A stretch of 59,150 bases of DNA from SAR324 cluster bacterium. Its GTDB lineage: Bacteria > SAR324 > XYD2-FULL-50-16. Below are positions 38,076-53,000 of this stretch, in pieces (position 1 is the stretch's first letter; every line of letters begins with the position of its first letter). The notes under the pieces were generated by a model. It did no database searches and was not told the origin of the DNA. It saw nothing but the letters and a program-made list of their open reading frames with translations. Made by a program: the position numbers and the translations under genes. The DNA lies in the NCBI GenBank assembly GCA_028280735.1, contig JANQLH010000170.1, positions 1 through 59,150 of the forward strand, given 5' to 3'.

Positions 38076-41000
38076 TATCCGGACTTGAAGAGATTTTCAA
38101 ACAGACAGCCAAACGTGATTTAACAGTTGAACAAGCGCTATCACTAATTCAATCGTTAGAGAAAAAAAGTGGTCTCGTAACCGATGACAGGTTATCTCCG
38201 CTCAATTCCGACGAGAATACACTTGTAAACCACACTTTCTCTTATGACGATGATTATTTGAAAGACCACCTGGTATTTGGTCGACAGACCTTGCTTGGTA
38301 TCACTTACTGCAGCTTAGCCATCGAGGCAGCTAAAATGCTATCGCCAAAGGGTAAGGTGTCATCTATCGATAAACTCTTTTTTAAACAACCGGTTGTTTT
38401 TGAAAAAGATGAACAGATAGCAATCAAAATTAAGCTGGAAAACAGCGGAGACCAACCTGCCTTTCATGTAAGCGGCGTTAACCAGGCACAGTCGACGACG
38501 ATTGAAGCAGCCTCCGGTGTCTACAATTTCTTAACACCCTCTAAACCACTTGTTAAAAGGCTGAATTTAAAAGACATCGCAAAGAATTTCAGCCAGATTC
38601 AAACCTTTGAGGAAATCTACCATCGAAACCAACATGAGTCTGTAATCATCGGCCCCACTCTGCAGACTATCAAGTCAGTAGCAACAGGAAATCGGGAAGT
38701 CCTGGCGGAGTTGGTGCTAAAACGCGATCAACCGCTCTTTAACTATGATCCGGGTTTAATCAATGGAGCGATCATGAGCAGTGTTTATGGGATGGAGGGG
38801 ATGCTTTCCAGGGAGCTGTTTCTTCCGATCATGATCAAAAAAATCCGCTTTGGTCAGCCTCTGCCAAACTACTGCAGAGCTTACTCAAAAATCGTAAAAC
38901 TTAAAGAAGAGGTCCTGATTGTCGATATTACCCTCACCGATAAACATGGAGAGGTTCTGCTGTCTTTGGAAGAATTTACTTTGAAAAAAGTGAGGTCAGC
39001 CAATGACTTTGGCAAAGAAGAAAAGAAGAAATCCGCAATAAAATCAATGCCGGTAGTTAATAAAACATCGTCATCCAATATTGTGGATCGATTAAAAAGC
39101 TATTTGGTGGAAAACATCAAAACCTTGCTTGATGACTCAAATCAAGAGATCGAAGATTCAATCAATTTCATGGAATTGGGCCTGAGTTCAGCGAATCTGG
39201 TGTCTTTTACCGAACAGATGGAAACTGAGCTACAGTTGGATCTATTTCCGACCTTGTTTTTTGAATACCAAAATATTGCTGAACTGGCTGAATTTCTCAG
39301 AACTGAGCATCAAGACAAAATCAAAGCCTACTTTAAAGATACCCCTCCGACGTTGGAAAACCCTGACAGAGAGGAAACAGAGGTTGACAGCAACCAGGCG
39401 ATTTCTTCTCAAACAGTCGAGCAGGTTTTTGCTGATAAAAAATCAACACAAAGATCGAGTGGGATTCTTGCCAGTTCTCCTGCACCACTTGACAAGATTT
39501 CTGAAAATGAAATCGCTATCATTGGGATGGCCGGAGTTTTCCCACGGTCAGACAGCACAGAGGAATTTTGGGAAAACCTGTTGAAGGGAACCAATCTCAT
39601 TGAGGAAATCCCCGAAGATCATTTCGATTTTCGTCCCTGGTACGACCCTGAGCCGGATAAAAAAGACAAAATGTATTGCAAATGGGGCAGCTTTATCAAC
39701 AACGTCGATAAATTTGATGCGCCATTTTTCAACATTTCCCGGCGGGAAGCCCAACTCATGGACCCTCAAATGCGGCTTTTGCTGGAAGTGATCTATAAAA
39801 CGGCCGAAGATGCCGGATATGCTGCTAAAATCAGGGGGACCAATACCGGCATGTATGTCGGTGTTTGTTTTTATGATTATAAGCAGGAGATGGATCGTTT
39901 GGGAAAACCCATGGAGCCCCATGATGGCACCGGAAATTCACCTACAATGATGTCCAACCGGCCTTCCTTCTTTTTTGATTTAAAAGGACCAAGCTTGACG
40001 GTCGACACAGCCTGTTCCTCAACTCTGATTGCATTGCATCTTGCCTCTAAGGCTATTCTAAACAACGAATGTGAATCGGCTTTCGTAGCCGGGGCCAATC
40101 TCTTGCTCTGTTCCTGGCACTATCGATATTTCTGCAGCATCGGAGCCTTATCGCATACAGGTCGCAGCCATACCTTCGATCAAAGAGCTGATGGTTATGT
40201 TCCGGGGGAGACTGTGGCAGCAGTTTTACTGAAATCAAAATCAAGGGCCATTCAGGATAATGATCGTATCTACGCTGTAATTAAGGGATCAGCCATCAAC
40301 CATGGAGGAAATACACAATCAGTAACAGCGCCCAGCATCAAACAAGAGGCAATGGTTATTGAAAATGCCTGGCAAGACGCCGGAATTGATCCTGAAACCG
40401 TTAGCTACATCGAAGCCCACGGTACCGGGACTAAACTGGGTGATCCTGTGGAGGTCAGCGCGATGAAAAGAGCGTTTTCATCGCATACAAACAAAAAGGA
40501 TTTTTGCGCTATCGGTTCGGCCAAAGCTCATATTGGTCATGCCGAAGGATCAGCAGGCATAGCAGGATTAATCAAAGTTGTTTTATCACTCAGGAATAAA
40601 ACAATTCCTGCAATGCCACATTTTAGGAAGGTTAATCCCTACATAGAGATTGATGATTCCCCGCTGTATATCAATCCTCAGCCAATCGACTGGAAACCGC
40701 AAAATGGTCACATAAGAAGAGCCGGGATCAGTTCTTTTGGGTTTGGAGGCGCTTATGCCCATGTTGTTATAGAGGAATATCAAGAAAAGCCTGAAGAGAT
40801 CAAGCACAACGAACCGGTAGATCACCTGGTGGTGGTTTCTGCAAAAAATACTGAACGGTTAAATGCTTATTGCCATTCACTGGCGGAATTCCTCTCGGAA
40901 AAGCCAGTTAGAGCAACATCAGATGGCAGACTGCCGTCATCGATACCATTGGAGCAAATCGCATGGACGTTACAAAAGGGCCGTGAAGAGATGGAAGAAA

Positions 41001-44000
41001 GGCTGGCATTGATCGTTTCATCAAAAACCGAGCTACTTGAAGGACTGATTCGCTTTCAGGAACAACCGGTTTTAGAAGACAAAGAAAAGATTTTTTACTG
41101 CAATATCAAGAATAAGAAACTGAAATCTGCCATTAATGCATCCAATACATCAATTGAAATATTATATGAGCAAAAAAACCTCGAAGAACTGGCGAAGAGA
41201 TGGGTTACCGGATCGAAAATAAATTGGGATCTGGTCAGCGACACATCGGACTATAAACCGGTTTCTTTAGTAAGCTATCCATTTACAAGAAAAAGTTATT
41301 GGATACCGAAATTCGAAAAACCAGCCGTAGAATCAAACCCTGTCGAAAACAATCGGGAGATTTCAAATCATTTCTACCAGACAAATTGGAGAATTCAACC
41401 AATTGAATCTGTTCCCGCATCGCAATGGTTAACCGGCACGACCTTGGTTTTCGACACGGCAGATAATCACACTACAGCACTGAAAGAACGCCGGGAAGGC
41501 TCTGATGGCAGATGGATCTCGGTAACCGTTGGTGATCATTTTCAACAGCAAGCTTCGGACAGGTTTCAAATAAATCCACGAATTGCAGACAACTATACTA
41601 AGCTTCTGGACAACCTTAAACGGGAAAATAAAATCCCTGAAACCGTTATTTATCTTTGGAATTTATCCGCAAAAAATCCGGAAAAACCAAAAAAGACCAA
41701 TCAATACATGCTGCCCGCCAAGGACATTGCGGATATTGTGCTGCCCTTGTTTCATATCCTCAATTCGCTTAGCACCCTTAAACGTTTTCCGGTAAAACGA
41801 TTCATTCATTGTTTTTCAGGAAAAGACCAGCTTGACCCCTTCAGGGAATCGGTGGCCGGTTTTAGCAACTCTCTCAAGGCAATCTGGCCCGATTTTGTAT
41901 TTACCAATCTTAATCTGCTGCAAACTAATAAAACCACTACCCGGCTGGCGGATTTACTGCATAAGGAATGGGCCTGCAATCTTGAAAACATTTCCAGAGA
42001 AGTCCGTTATCAGGGTAATCAACGTCTGGTCCCTGTGACAGAACCACTGGCATGGAACAATAAAATCGAGGTCCAGGCCAAACCCGAAGATGTCTATGTA
42101 GTTACCGGAGGGCTGGGGGCGTTGGGATTGATTACCGCCCGGCATTTAGTCAAGCAACACAACTTAAAGGTAGCGCTGATCGGTCGCAGCAATCCAGATC
42201 CTGTAAAACGTGCATTTATCGCTGAACAAAAAGAGCAGGGTGCGTCAATAGACTACTTTCAAGCTGATGTCGTTGATCCAGTGGCATTGGAACGTTGTTT
42301 GGCCCGGGTCAGGTCTTCGTTTGGACCAATCAAGGGGATTATCCATGCCGCCGGGATAAATGACGGACGGTTGCTAAAAGATAAAACGGAAAAAGAGTTT
42401 TTAAATGCTTTAAATCCCAAAATTCAGGGATTGATAAACATTGACGAACTCACCAAAGATGATTCCCTGAATCATTTTGTTGTGTATGCTTCAATTGCTT
42501 CTTTACTCGGAGATTTTGGCCAATGTGATTATGCAGTTTCCAACCGGTTTTGCGATGCGTTTGGAGAGTTGAGAGAACAACAAAGAGAACAAGGTCTGCG
42601 CCAGGGAAAAACAACTATCATCGGCTGGCCACTCTGGAAAGACGGCGGAATGCATATGGATGCAAAAGCGGAAGCATTATTTTTAAATTCTTCCGGCATG
42701 AGCTACCTGGAGAGTGAAGAAGGATTGAAGATCCTTGATCAATCCCTGGCATGCTCCCTTACCCATCTATTCACCTTCAGAGGTGAAAAAGTCACTATTG
42801 ACAAACTGATGGCAGATGCCTTTAGCGGCAGAACACAGCTCTCCAAACCAAGTCCGGTGCGGAAATCTTCGCAAGTCTCAACCCCGGACAAAGATAGCAG
42901 GGACAAGATTCTGCGTGTCCGGATTAGAAAAATCGCAGCAGGGCTGCTTGATTTAAATGACGACGAACTCGACAGTGACGAATCGTTTGTCGATTATGGT
43001 TTTGATTCCATCATTTTAAAAGAATTCTCCGCCAGGCTTGGTTCCACCTTTGATATCGATATCTCCCCAACCTTATTCTTTAACCGTTCAACCATTAACG
43101 AACTTTGTGATTATTTAAATGAAGAATACCCTGGGCTGGCTCTGGATGAGAATAAAACAGAAATAAAACCAAAGCCGGCTTTCGAAACCTCCAAATCAAT
43201 CCCGCACCAGGAGACTGCTGCCAAGCCATCGGCCGAAGCTCCTTCCGAGGCGGTTGAGAGTGCTATAGCAGTGATCGGAATGAGCGCCAAATTTCCTAAA
43301 TCAAAAAATCTGAAGGAATTCTGGCGACATCTGGAAAACAACGAAGATCTCATCAGCATCATTCCTGAAGATCGGTGGGACTGGCGATCATTTTATAGTG
43401 GAAAAGATATAAAGCCCCATTTGTCCAACTCCAAATGGGGTGGATTTATTGACAATGTTGATACATTTGATGCCTCGTTCTTCAACATTTCTCCCAACGA
43501 AGCCGAGGTAATGGACCCACAGCATCGAGTGTTTCTCGAAACCTCATGGAAAGCCATTGAAGATGCCGGTTATAAGGTGTCAACATTCGAAAGTCGGAAG
43601 GTTGGTGTCTTTGCCGGAGTACAATTCAATGATTACAAGGATTTGATTTTAGAGAGTGGAGATTCGAGACCTCAAATTGGCACAGGCAACTCCCACGCGA
43701 TGCTGGTTAACAGGGTTTCCTATTTGTTGAATTTTAACGGACCCAGCGAAGCAATTGACACTGCCTGCTCCGGAAGTTTGGTGGCGATACATCGAGCCAA
43801 ACAGAGTCTACTCAGTGGCGAGTGTGATTTGGCTTTGGCCGGTGGTGTAAGTTTAATCGTTTCCTCAAAGCAGTTTGTCTATGCCAGCCAATTGGGGATG
43901 CTGTCCGTGGATGGACGCTGTAAAACCTTTGATAAAACTGCAAACGGCTTTGTCAAAGGGGAGGGTGTTGGTGTGTTATTGCTAAAACCCTTAAAAAAGG

Positions 44001-47000
44001 CCAGGGAAGATAATGATCACATTTATGCAGTTGTTAAGGGCAGTGCGGTCAATCATGGTGGAAAATCCAATTCTCTGACAGCACCTGACTCCGGTGCCCA
44101 GGCAGAGCTGATAAAAATGGCCCAAAAAGATGCAGGTATTGAAGCCTCTACAATCAGTTATATTGAAGCGCATGGGACGGGAACCGAACTGGGAGATCCC
44201 GTTGAAGTGGATGGTTTGCATCTGGCCTTTGCCTCAAGTTCGCAAAAATGCGCCCTGGGATCGGTAAAAACAAATATCGGTCATCTTGAACCGGCAGCAG
44301 GTATTGCAGGAGTTATAAAAACCGTGCTTAGCCTGAAGCATAAAAAGCTGACGGGCAATCCACATTTTAAAGACTTGAATCCCTATATAAAGTTAAGGGA
44401 TCGATTTGTTATCATTCAGAAAACCAAAGACTGGATCCGTCTGAAAAACAGCGATGGATCTGAAATACCCCTGAGAGCGGGTGTCAGTGCCTTTGGATTT
44501 GGAGGAGCCAATGCCCACATTGTCCTGGAAGAGTATGAACAATTACCGCATCGAAAACAGCCTGCCGGTTATGACTCGCACCTTATCCTGCTGTCGGCAA
44601 AGTCCGAGGAAAGCCTGACACGATATGCCGAGTACCTGAAAACCTGGTTACAGAATGTCAGTGCCGACAGGGAAGAATCGCACTCACTTGCGGATATCGC
44701 TTATACCCTGCAAGTCGGCAGAGAAGAGATGGCCTGCCGCCTGGTTATTGTTACTGAAAGTGTCAATGATCTGACGTTGAAACTGGAAAAATTCCAACCG
44801 GGAAAACAAGCGGCTGATGTTTATTTCAATTCAATCAAGGAGAATCAACCACTGGTTGCCGGCAACAGCTCATTGTCACAGTCAAATATAACCACTTTTA
44901 AAGATTCGACAAAAGCAGAGCAAAGGGTAATTGCCCAACATTGGGTATCAGGTCAAAGCTATGATTGGCAGCAGTTTTATCAAGATGAATCTCCCGGTCG
45001 AATCCCGCTGCCGACTTATCCTTTTGCGCCTGATCGTTATTGGATTGGGAACGGTCAGCCTAGCCTTCTCAGGGGACATGCAACATCATCAGCAGGATGG
45101 ACTGTTTCCCCCCCGGAGAACGGACTTTCGGCTAACATCCTGTTAACCGGACAAGAATTCTTTCTCAGGGACCATGTTATCGGAGGCAAAAAGGTGTTGC
45201 CGGGTGCAGCTTATATCGACCTGGTTTGCCGGACAGCAGAGCAACTAACGTCCCAATCTGTATCCAAAATTCGGAACTTATCCTGGATTCGAAAACTGGA
45301 AGTTGGGTCCGACACTCTCACCTTGAATGTCGAATTCTTTCCCCAACATGACAGCCTGGAATTTTCTGTAACATCACGTTCAAACACGCATGCCCGGGGC
45401 GAGCTGGTTTTAAATAAACCTGAAGCAACCAGCACTATTGACGATGACAGTTATGACATTCAATCGATCAAATCACGATGTATTCAAAAACTGGGCAATG
45501 AAGAGGTTTATCAATACTACGCCCGGGAGGGATTTGAATATGGGCCTGATTTTCAGCCAATCGAAACGGTCTATTTCAACGAAGCGGAAGCTTTATCCAG
45601 TCTTTTGGCGCCAATTGGGATTGATGAAAATCAGATGCTTTCTGCCTTGCTCGATGGTGCTTTCCAGACAATTATCGGGCTCCAGAACCATTCATCACAA
45701 CCTGCCAATAAGATTTATCTCCCTTTTGCTGTGGAGGAAATCAACTTTATCGATACGTTGCCAAATAGGTGTTTTGCTCACGTTTACCCGGATGCTGCGG
45801 AGGATAGTAAAAACGACGACCTGAAAATCTACCACCTTTCCTTAAATGACACAAACGGCAGACAGCTCATCAATATCAGAGGGCTAACCTTTAAGGCCCT
45901 GAATCAAGTAAAAAACTCCCAAATCAGCTATTACAGCAGTGAATGGAAAGAAGAGACTGTTACAGATTCTTCACCTTCCGAAGAGCCGGAAACACTGCTG
46001 CTATTCTGCCATGACCGAAAAACCGCGGAACCGATTGCAGAGCAATTTGTTGAAGTCGGCAACAACCAAAACAAAGTCATTTTTGTGAAAGCAGCGGACC
46101 GCTTTGATAAAGCCTCAGATAAGGAATATGCAATAAATCCGTCACATAAAGATGATTTCATATCGCTTTTTTCATCTCTTAAATTGGAGCAGTCGTTTCC
46201 CAGCAGAATTATTGTACTCTGGGATCACTCATTGGCCAGTGGTGCACATGGGGACTTGAAGATCATTAAAGCTCGCTCGTTTCCGGGTATGATCAACCTG
46301 ACACAGGCTATCATGGAATCGAAACCGACAGATCCGATTCATTTACTATACGGATACAATAAGACCATTGATTTCAAGGCTGGTCTGGCAATGGCAGGCT
46401 TTTTTAAAACACTGGCAAAAGAAAATCTCAATTTTCTCTATCGATCAGTCGGTCTCGAATTAAGCACCGATCAGATCACCAAACCAATCGACAAGGCAAA
46501 TGCAACAAAGCTGCTGAATGAATTGTTTAATGCCGGGAATTTTTCATTTGGTGTTGAGTATCGCGATCAAAGACGGTTGACAGCACATTACCGAACTCTG
46601 GAAACAGCATCGGCAAGTGAAATCAACGGTTTTTTGAAAACTGATGGTGTTTATTGGATTACCGGAGGTTTGGGAGGGATCGGCAAAAAACTGGCGACCT
46701 ATATCGCTGATCGCATAAAAGGCGTTATCATCATATCCGGCAGAACCGCTGCAGATGAATCAGCCGAAAGTTTTTTTCAGTCCATTTCTGCCAAAGGTTC
46801 CACGGTAAACTATATCCAATCTGATGTTGCTCACCTGGATCAAACAAAGAAACTGGTCGATAAGGTACTATCAGAATTTGATCGAATTGACGGGATTTTT
46901 CATTGTGCCGGTACCTTGAATGATTCCTTTGTTTTGAAAAAGAAAAGTGAGGAAATTACCAGGGTCCTGTCTCCCAAAATAGACGGTATTGAGGTTATTG

Positions 47001-50000
47001 ATGAAACAACCGGGACGCTGCCGTTGGATTTCCTGGTCCTGTTTTCATCCATATCCGCTGCCTTTGGCAATATTGGCCAGGCCGACTATGCGTTTGCAAA
47101 CGCGTATCTGGATAGTTTCGCACAATGGCGAAATGCATTGGTTTTAAAAGGAGAACGAAAAGGACAAACTATCTCTATCAACTGGCCATTTTGGCAGGGT
47201 GGAGGAATGGCGCTAAACGATCAAATTAAGTCCGGGTTGGCTCAAGCCGCGAAGTCTACTTCAATAACTGATTCCGAAGGTTTTGTGGCCCTGGAACATG
47301 CTTTTAAGCTGGGCCTGCCGCAGTTGATTGTTTGCAAGGGCCATCATATCGATGAATTGCATCCGCAGGTGAAACTTCAGGATGAGCAAGAGCAACAAGA
47401 TGAGACATCGGATCACCATCATCTGCTTTATCAAAAAACCGAAGGTTACCTGAAACAGGTTCTTTCAGCAGAAACCGGTGTCAAGGAATTTAACCTGAAG
47501 CCAAGTGAACCCCTGGAAAAGTACGGAATTGATTCGGTTGTGATTCTTGCTTTAAACAGAAGACTGGAAAAGGATTTTCAGGGATTATCCAAAACCCTGT
47601 TTTTTGAGTATCAGACTATTAATGAATTAACCGAATATTTCATAAACCATCAAACAAAACCCCTGCAACAAATTCTCAATTTTTCCGACGAAAAGTCCCC
47701 TATCGAAGCAGCGCCAGTCAGCAAAACGGCAACGATAGTTCAAAAAAAGCCGATCGCAATAAACAAGCCTTTGGACATCAAATCGCAGCTCCGTCAAGAC
47801 ATCGCCATTGTTGGTTTAAGTGGTCGTTATCCTCTGGCTGATGACCTGGACGAATTCTGGGAGAATCTCAAAACAGGTAAAGATTGCATTGTTGAGATTC
47901 CTGAAGAGCGATGGGATTACAGGGCTTTTTTTGATGAAGACAGGGATAAGATCGGCTTTTCCTACAGCAAGTGGGGTGGATTCATTAACGACGTGGATAA
48001 ATTTGATCCGCTTTTCTTTAATATATCCCCTCAGGAAGCCGAATTAATGGATCCACAGGAAAGACTGTTTCTGGAAACAGCTTGGACAGCTGTTGAAGAT
48101 GCAGGATTGTTGAAAACAGATCTATGGGGATCAAAAACCGGTGTTTATGTAGGCGTTATGTACGGTCAATATCAACTTTACTCAGCTGATAACCAGCCGG
48201 ATCATAATGAGCCGGTTTTGCTTTCCTCTTACAGTTCCATTGCCAATCGTGTTTCCTATTTCTTTAATTTAAGAGGACCCAGCCTGGCATTAGACAGCAT
48301 GTGTTCATCCTCCCTGACCTCCATCTGCCTTGCCTCTGATGCCTTGAAAAACAACGATATTGATCTTGCCATTGCCGGTGGCGTAAATGTCACCATTCAC
48401 CCCCATAAACACCTGTTTCTGAGCCAGGGACGATTTGCTTCCAGTGAAGGTCTATGCCGAAGTTTTGGCGAGGGTGGCGACGGTTATGTTCCCGGAGAGG
48501 GCGTTGGTGTGGTTTTGTTGAAACGACTGGATGATGCTGTTGCCAACAACGACAGTATCTATGGCATCATCCAAGGCTATGCATTGAATCATGGAGGAAA
48601 AACCAACGGCTATACTGTTCCTAATCCCAAAGCCCAAAGTGAGCTGATCAAAGAAGCCTGGGACAAAGCCGGTAGTAATCCCAAAACCATCGGATATCTG
48701 GAAGCCCATGGTACCGGAACATCCTTGGGAGATCCTGTTGAAATAACCGGTCTGCAGCTGGCCTTCCAACCTTTTAAGTTGGCAAAACAGTCTTGTCCCA
48801 TCGGTTCCGTAAAGTCCAATGTGGGACATCTGGAATCTGCCGCGGGGATCGTAGCACTCACAAAAGTCCTGCTTCAGATGAAATATGGGCAACTGGTCCC
48901 ATCTATTCACGCCGATACACTCAATCCAAATATCGATTTTGATAACTCATCGTTCTATGTCCAACAAACACAATCCCCCTGGACAACCGCCCATGACACA
49001 GAAGGGCAGCCAATTGCCAAACGAGCAGGTATCAGTTCTTTTGGTGCTGGTGGCGCCAATGCTCATTTGGTCGTTGAGGAGTATATTCAACCGCCGGCAC
49101 AAAACGAAAAGACCGATGACCAATTATCCCTTTTTGTTTTGTCTGCTCATAACAAAGAGCAACTCAAAAGTTATGTTTCCAGGTTTATCCGATTTTTAGA
49201 CAAAGTTGAGGTGCCTGCAAACAATGAAAATCTTCACAGTGGAAAAACTGATGACAAATCCATCACGTTGGCAAACATCACCTACACCTCCCAGGTTGGC
49301 AGAGAATCCTTTTCGCAGCGATTGTGCATCCTCTGTAATTCTATAGGTGAATTAAAACAAACACTGTCTGCTTATTCTCAAAATGAGTCCAACATCGACA
49401 ATCTCTACTATGGAGATACTGCCCCTCACAATAACAACATATCTACACTTTTATCCGGCCAACCGGGAAGGGATTTCATCCAAAGCATCATTCGATCCAA
49501 CGATTTGCAAAGACTGGCACAGGTGTGGACCACCGGCATGGATATAGACTGGTCAATGCTATACAAGCAGGTTATTCCGAATCGGATTAGCATGCCGACT
49601 TATCCTTTTGCCAAAGAAAGATACTGGGCTCCTAAAAATAACCCGGGCCCAAAGCAGACTAACCGCAACCGGACTTCTGATATGTTGCACCCCTTGTTGC
49701 ACCGGAATCAGTCTGATTTTTGGGCACAAACCTTCACCAGTAGCTTTAACGGTAAGGAGTTCTTTTTGTCCGATCATCGTATCCTGGACAAACCTATTTT
49801 ACCCGGTGCTGCATACTTAGAGATAGTAAGGGAAGCTGTTTTTAGATCCGCAAAGATCTCTTCTCAGGAGAAAAGCCTCAAATTGAGCGATGTTATCTGG
49901 CTGCAACCGTTTGTTGCTGATAAGCAATCACGACAATTGCACATTCTTCTGGAACCTCAGAAAACCGATAGTGTCCATTGTGAGATTTACAGCACTGAAG

Positions 50001-53000
50001 AGGCCGGCAACGGTGAGATGACAATCCATATGAAAGGAAAAGCTGTGATCACAGAACCGGAAGTGATGTTACAGCAAGATCTGGAAAAGCTGCGTAATCA
50101 ATGCTACAAACCGATCATCAAAAATTCGGAATGCTATCGCCGCTTTCAAACACTGGGAATGGTCTATGGGAAAGCTCACCAGGGGCTGGTAGAAGTGCAT
50201 AGGGGTGACCGGTTGATCATGGCACGCATTGTCCTGCCGCAACATTTGTTAGCAGAGTTTGATTGCTATTATTTGCATCCGACGATTATTGACTCGGTGT
50301 TGCAGGCGGCCATCGGATTCAACTGGGAAGAACAGTCGCAACATCCGATGCTTCCTTTCGCCTTCGAAGAAATGACCTTGTTTGGGGCTTGCAAACAAGA
50401 GATGTGGGCCGTTCTCACAAGAGAAGCTACCACTGACAAAGAGGATACCATTCTTAAATTTAACGCTGAATTGTATGATACAGAGGGTAACTGCCACGTT
50501 CTGCTAAAAGGATTGACTTGCAAGAGAAAAGAGGAAAAACATCCTGAACGATTATCTGACGAGTCAGCGAATAAAGCAATACTAGCACCGTCCTGGCAGA
50601 AAATAGATGCTGGCAGATCCGAGCCAGTCCCGGTGGATAACCAGCACCAGGTTGTTTTGTATGGTTTTGATTCTGACGATTATAAGCAACTGGAACGCGA
50701 TCTCCCATGGGCAGAACTGGAACGGGTTCCTCAATTGGTCGGTGAAACTGAAGAATGCTATCAATTGTTGGCAAACCGCCTCTTTAAGAAATTAAAAAGG
50801 CTGTTGTTAAACCATACAAGCAAAAAAGCACTGCTGCAGCTGCTCATCGCTGAAGAAGAATCAACAATGATGCTAGCCGGTCTCAGCGCTTTGCTGAAAT
50901 CAGCTCATTTGGAAAATCCCAATTTAAACACCCAGATATTGCTGCTAAACAGCAAAAGCAGTCCTACTCAACTAGTTGACACAATTAAACAATCAGCTGC
51001 TTTTCCCACCGAAACCGAAATTAAATATGAAAATGGATACTTATGGGGGAAAAGATATCTGCCAATTTCGAATCCCTCCCCAACTGCAGCACCAATTTGG
51101 AGGGAGGGAGCAGTTTATCTTATCACCGGTGGTGCCGGGGGAATAGGGCTGTTGGTCGCTTCAGAGATTGGGGAAAAAACCAACCGTGTCACACTGATCT
51201 TAACGGGACGATCCAAGCTTTCGAAGGCGCGGCAAGCCGCTATTGATGCAATTAAAGCCAAAGGTGCAGATGTTTATTATCGGCAAATGGATATCAGCGA
51301 CCCGGAGGCTGCCAAAAGATTGATTGTCGGTATTACTTCCGAATTCGGACAACTCAATGGGATTTTGCACTGTGCGGGGATTACTAATGATCAATTTATC
51401 GTCAAAAAAACTGCAGAAGATTTTAACCGTGTTTTACAACCAAAAACAAAAGGAACCATCAACATCGACCTGGCAAGTAAGCACCTGGATCTTGATTGTT
51501 TCATTCTCTTCTCTTCCACATCTGCTAACTTGGGAAACCCCGGTCAATCCGATTACGCCACTGCTAACGCTTTTCTTGATCACTTTGCCCACTATCGAGG
51601 GGAACTGGTAGCAAGACAAAAACGATCCGGATTCACCCTCTCCATCAACTGGCCTCTCTGGGAAGAAGGCGGTATGCAACTGGATAACGACCTCATAAAA
51701 AAATTAGAGGAAAAAACCGGAATGGTGCCCATGCCAACATCCGTTGCCTTTGATCTCTTGTATCAATCCATAAACGCAGGTAGACATCAGACGGTTGCTC
51801 TATATGGCAAAACAGAGCATCTGCTCATTTATTTCCAACCGCAATCGTCCCCCAACAGAGCTCAATTGGAAGCGATTCCCGAGACAAAAGACGAAAGTCC
51901 GAAAGTTGAGCGGGCGTTGAATAGAAATGTAATTTCTTACTTTAAGGATCTACTTTCTGAATATATCAAACTACCGGTTGAGCGCATTCAAGCCGACACT
52001 CCTTTTGATACTTATGGTGTTAACTCCATTATGATCAATAAAATGACCGATCAATTGGAGAAAACCTTCGGTCAACTGTCTAAAACGTTGTTTTTTGAGT
52101 ATAAGAATATTCGCGAGTTAGCCGGCTTTTTTCTGGAAAACCATCATGAAACACTTGGCCATGTCTTTTCCTCCAGTCTTAAAGATACTGCCCCATTTAT
52201 CAAAAAGCCGGAGTCACACACCAATTTATCAGGTTCCAAACAAAACCGTTTTCTGAATCGGGTTGCTTCCACCAAAGCGGCTGAAAAAGCCTTTGATACG
52301 GAAATAGCCATTGTCGGACTGGCCGGTCGGTATCCGGAAGCTGATAATCTTGAGGCATTCTGGAACAACCTGGAAAAGGGAATCGATTGCATTTCGGAAG
52401 TACCTGAAGACCGCTGGGATAAAGATCGATACTTTAGCCCTGAAAAGGGCATTCACGGAAAAACCTACAGCCGATGGGGCGGATTTCTGAATGATGTGGA
52501 TAAATTCGATCCGCTGTTTTTCAATATCTCGCCACGTGAAGCCGAGATTTTAGATCCCCAGGAAAGACTATTTCTGGAATGCGCTTATGATGTTATCTCA
52601 GACGCAGGATACACCCGCCATAATCTTGGAATTTCAGATACCTGCCCTGTGGGTGGTGATGTTGGTGTCTTTGTCGGCGTGATGTACGAAGAGTACCAAT
52701 TATTTGGCGCCCAGGAGCTTGAAAAAGGTAATCCCCTGGCGCTGCCAGGCAGTCCGTCTTCAATCGCAAACAGGGTATCTTATTTCTGCGATTTCAAAGG
52801 TCCGAGCATTGCTATCGATACCATGTGCTCTTCCTCGCTAACGTCGCTTCATATGGCCTGCAACAGCATCATTAATGAAGAGTGTTCCGAAGCCATTGCC
52901 GGCGGAGTTAATCTCTCGCTCCACCCCAGCAAATATCTTCTTTTAGGAAAGGCAAAATTCATGTCCAGCGATGGCCGCTGTAAAAGTTTTGGAGAAGGAG

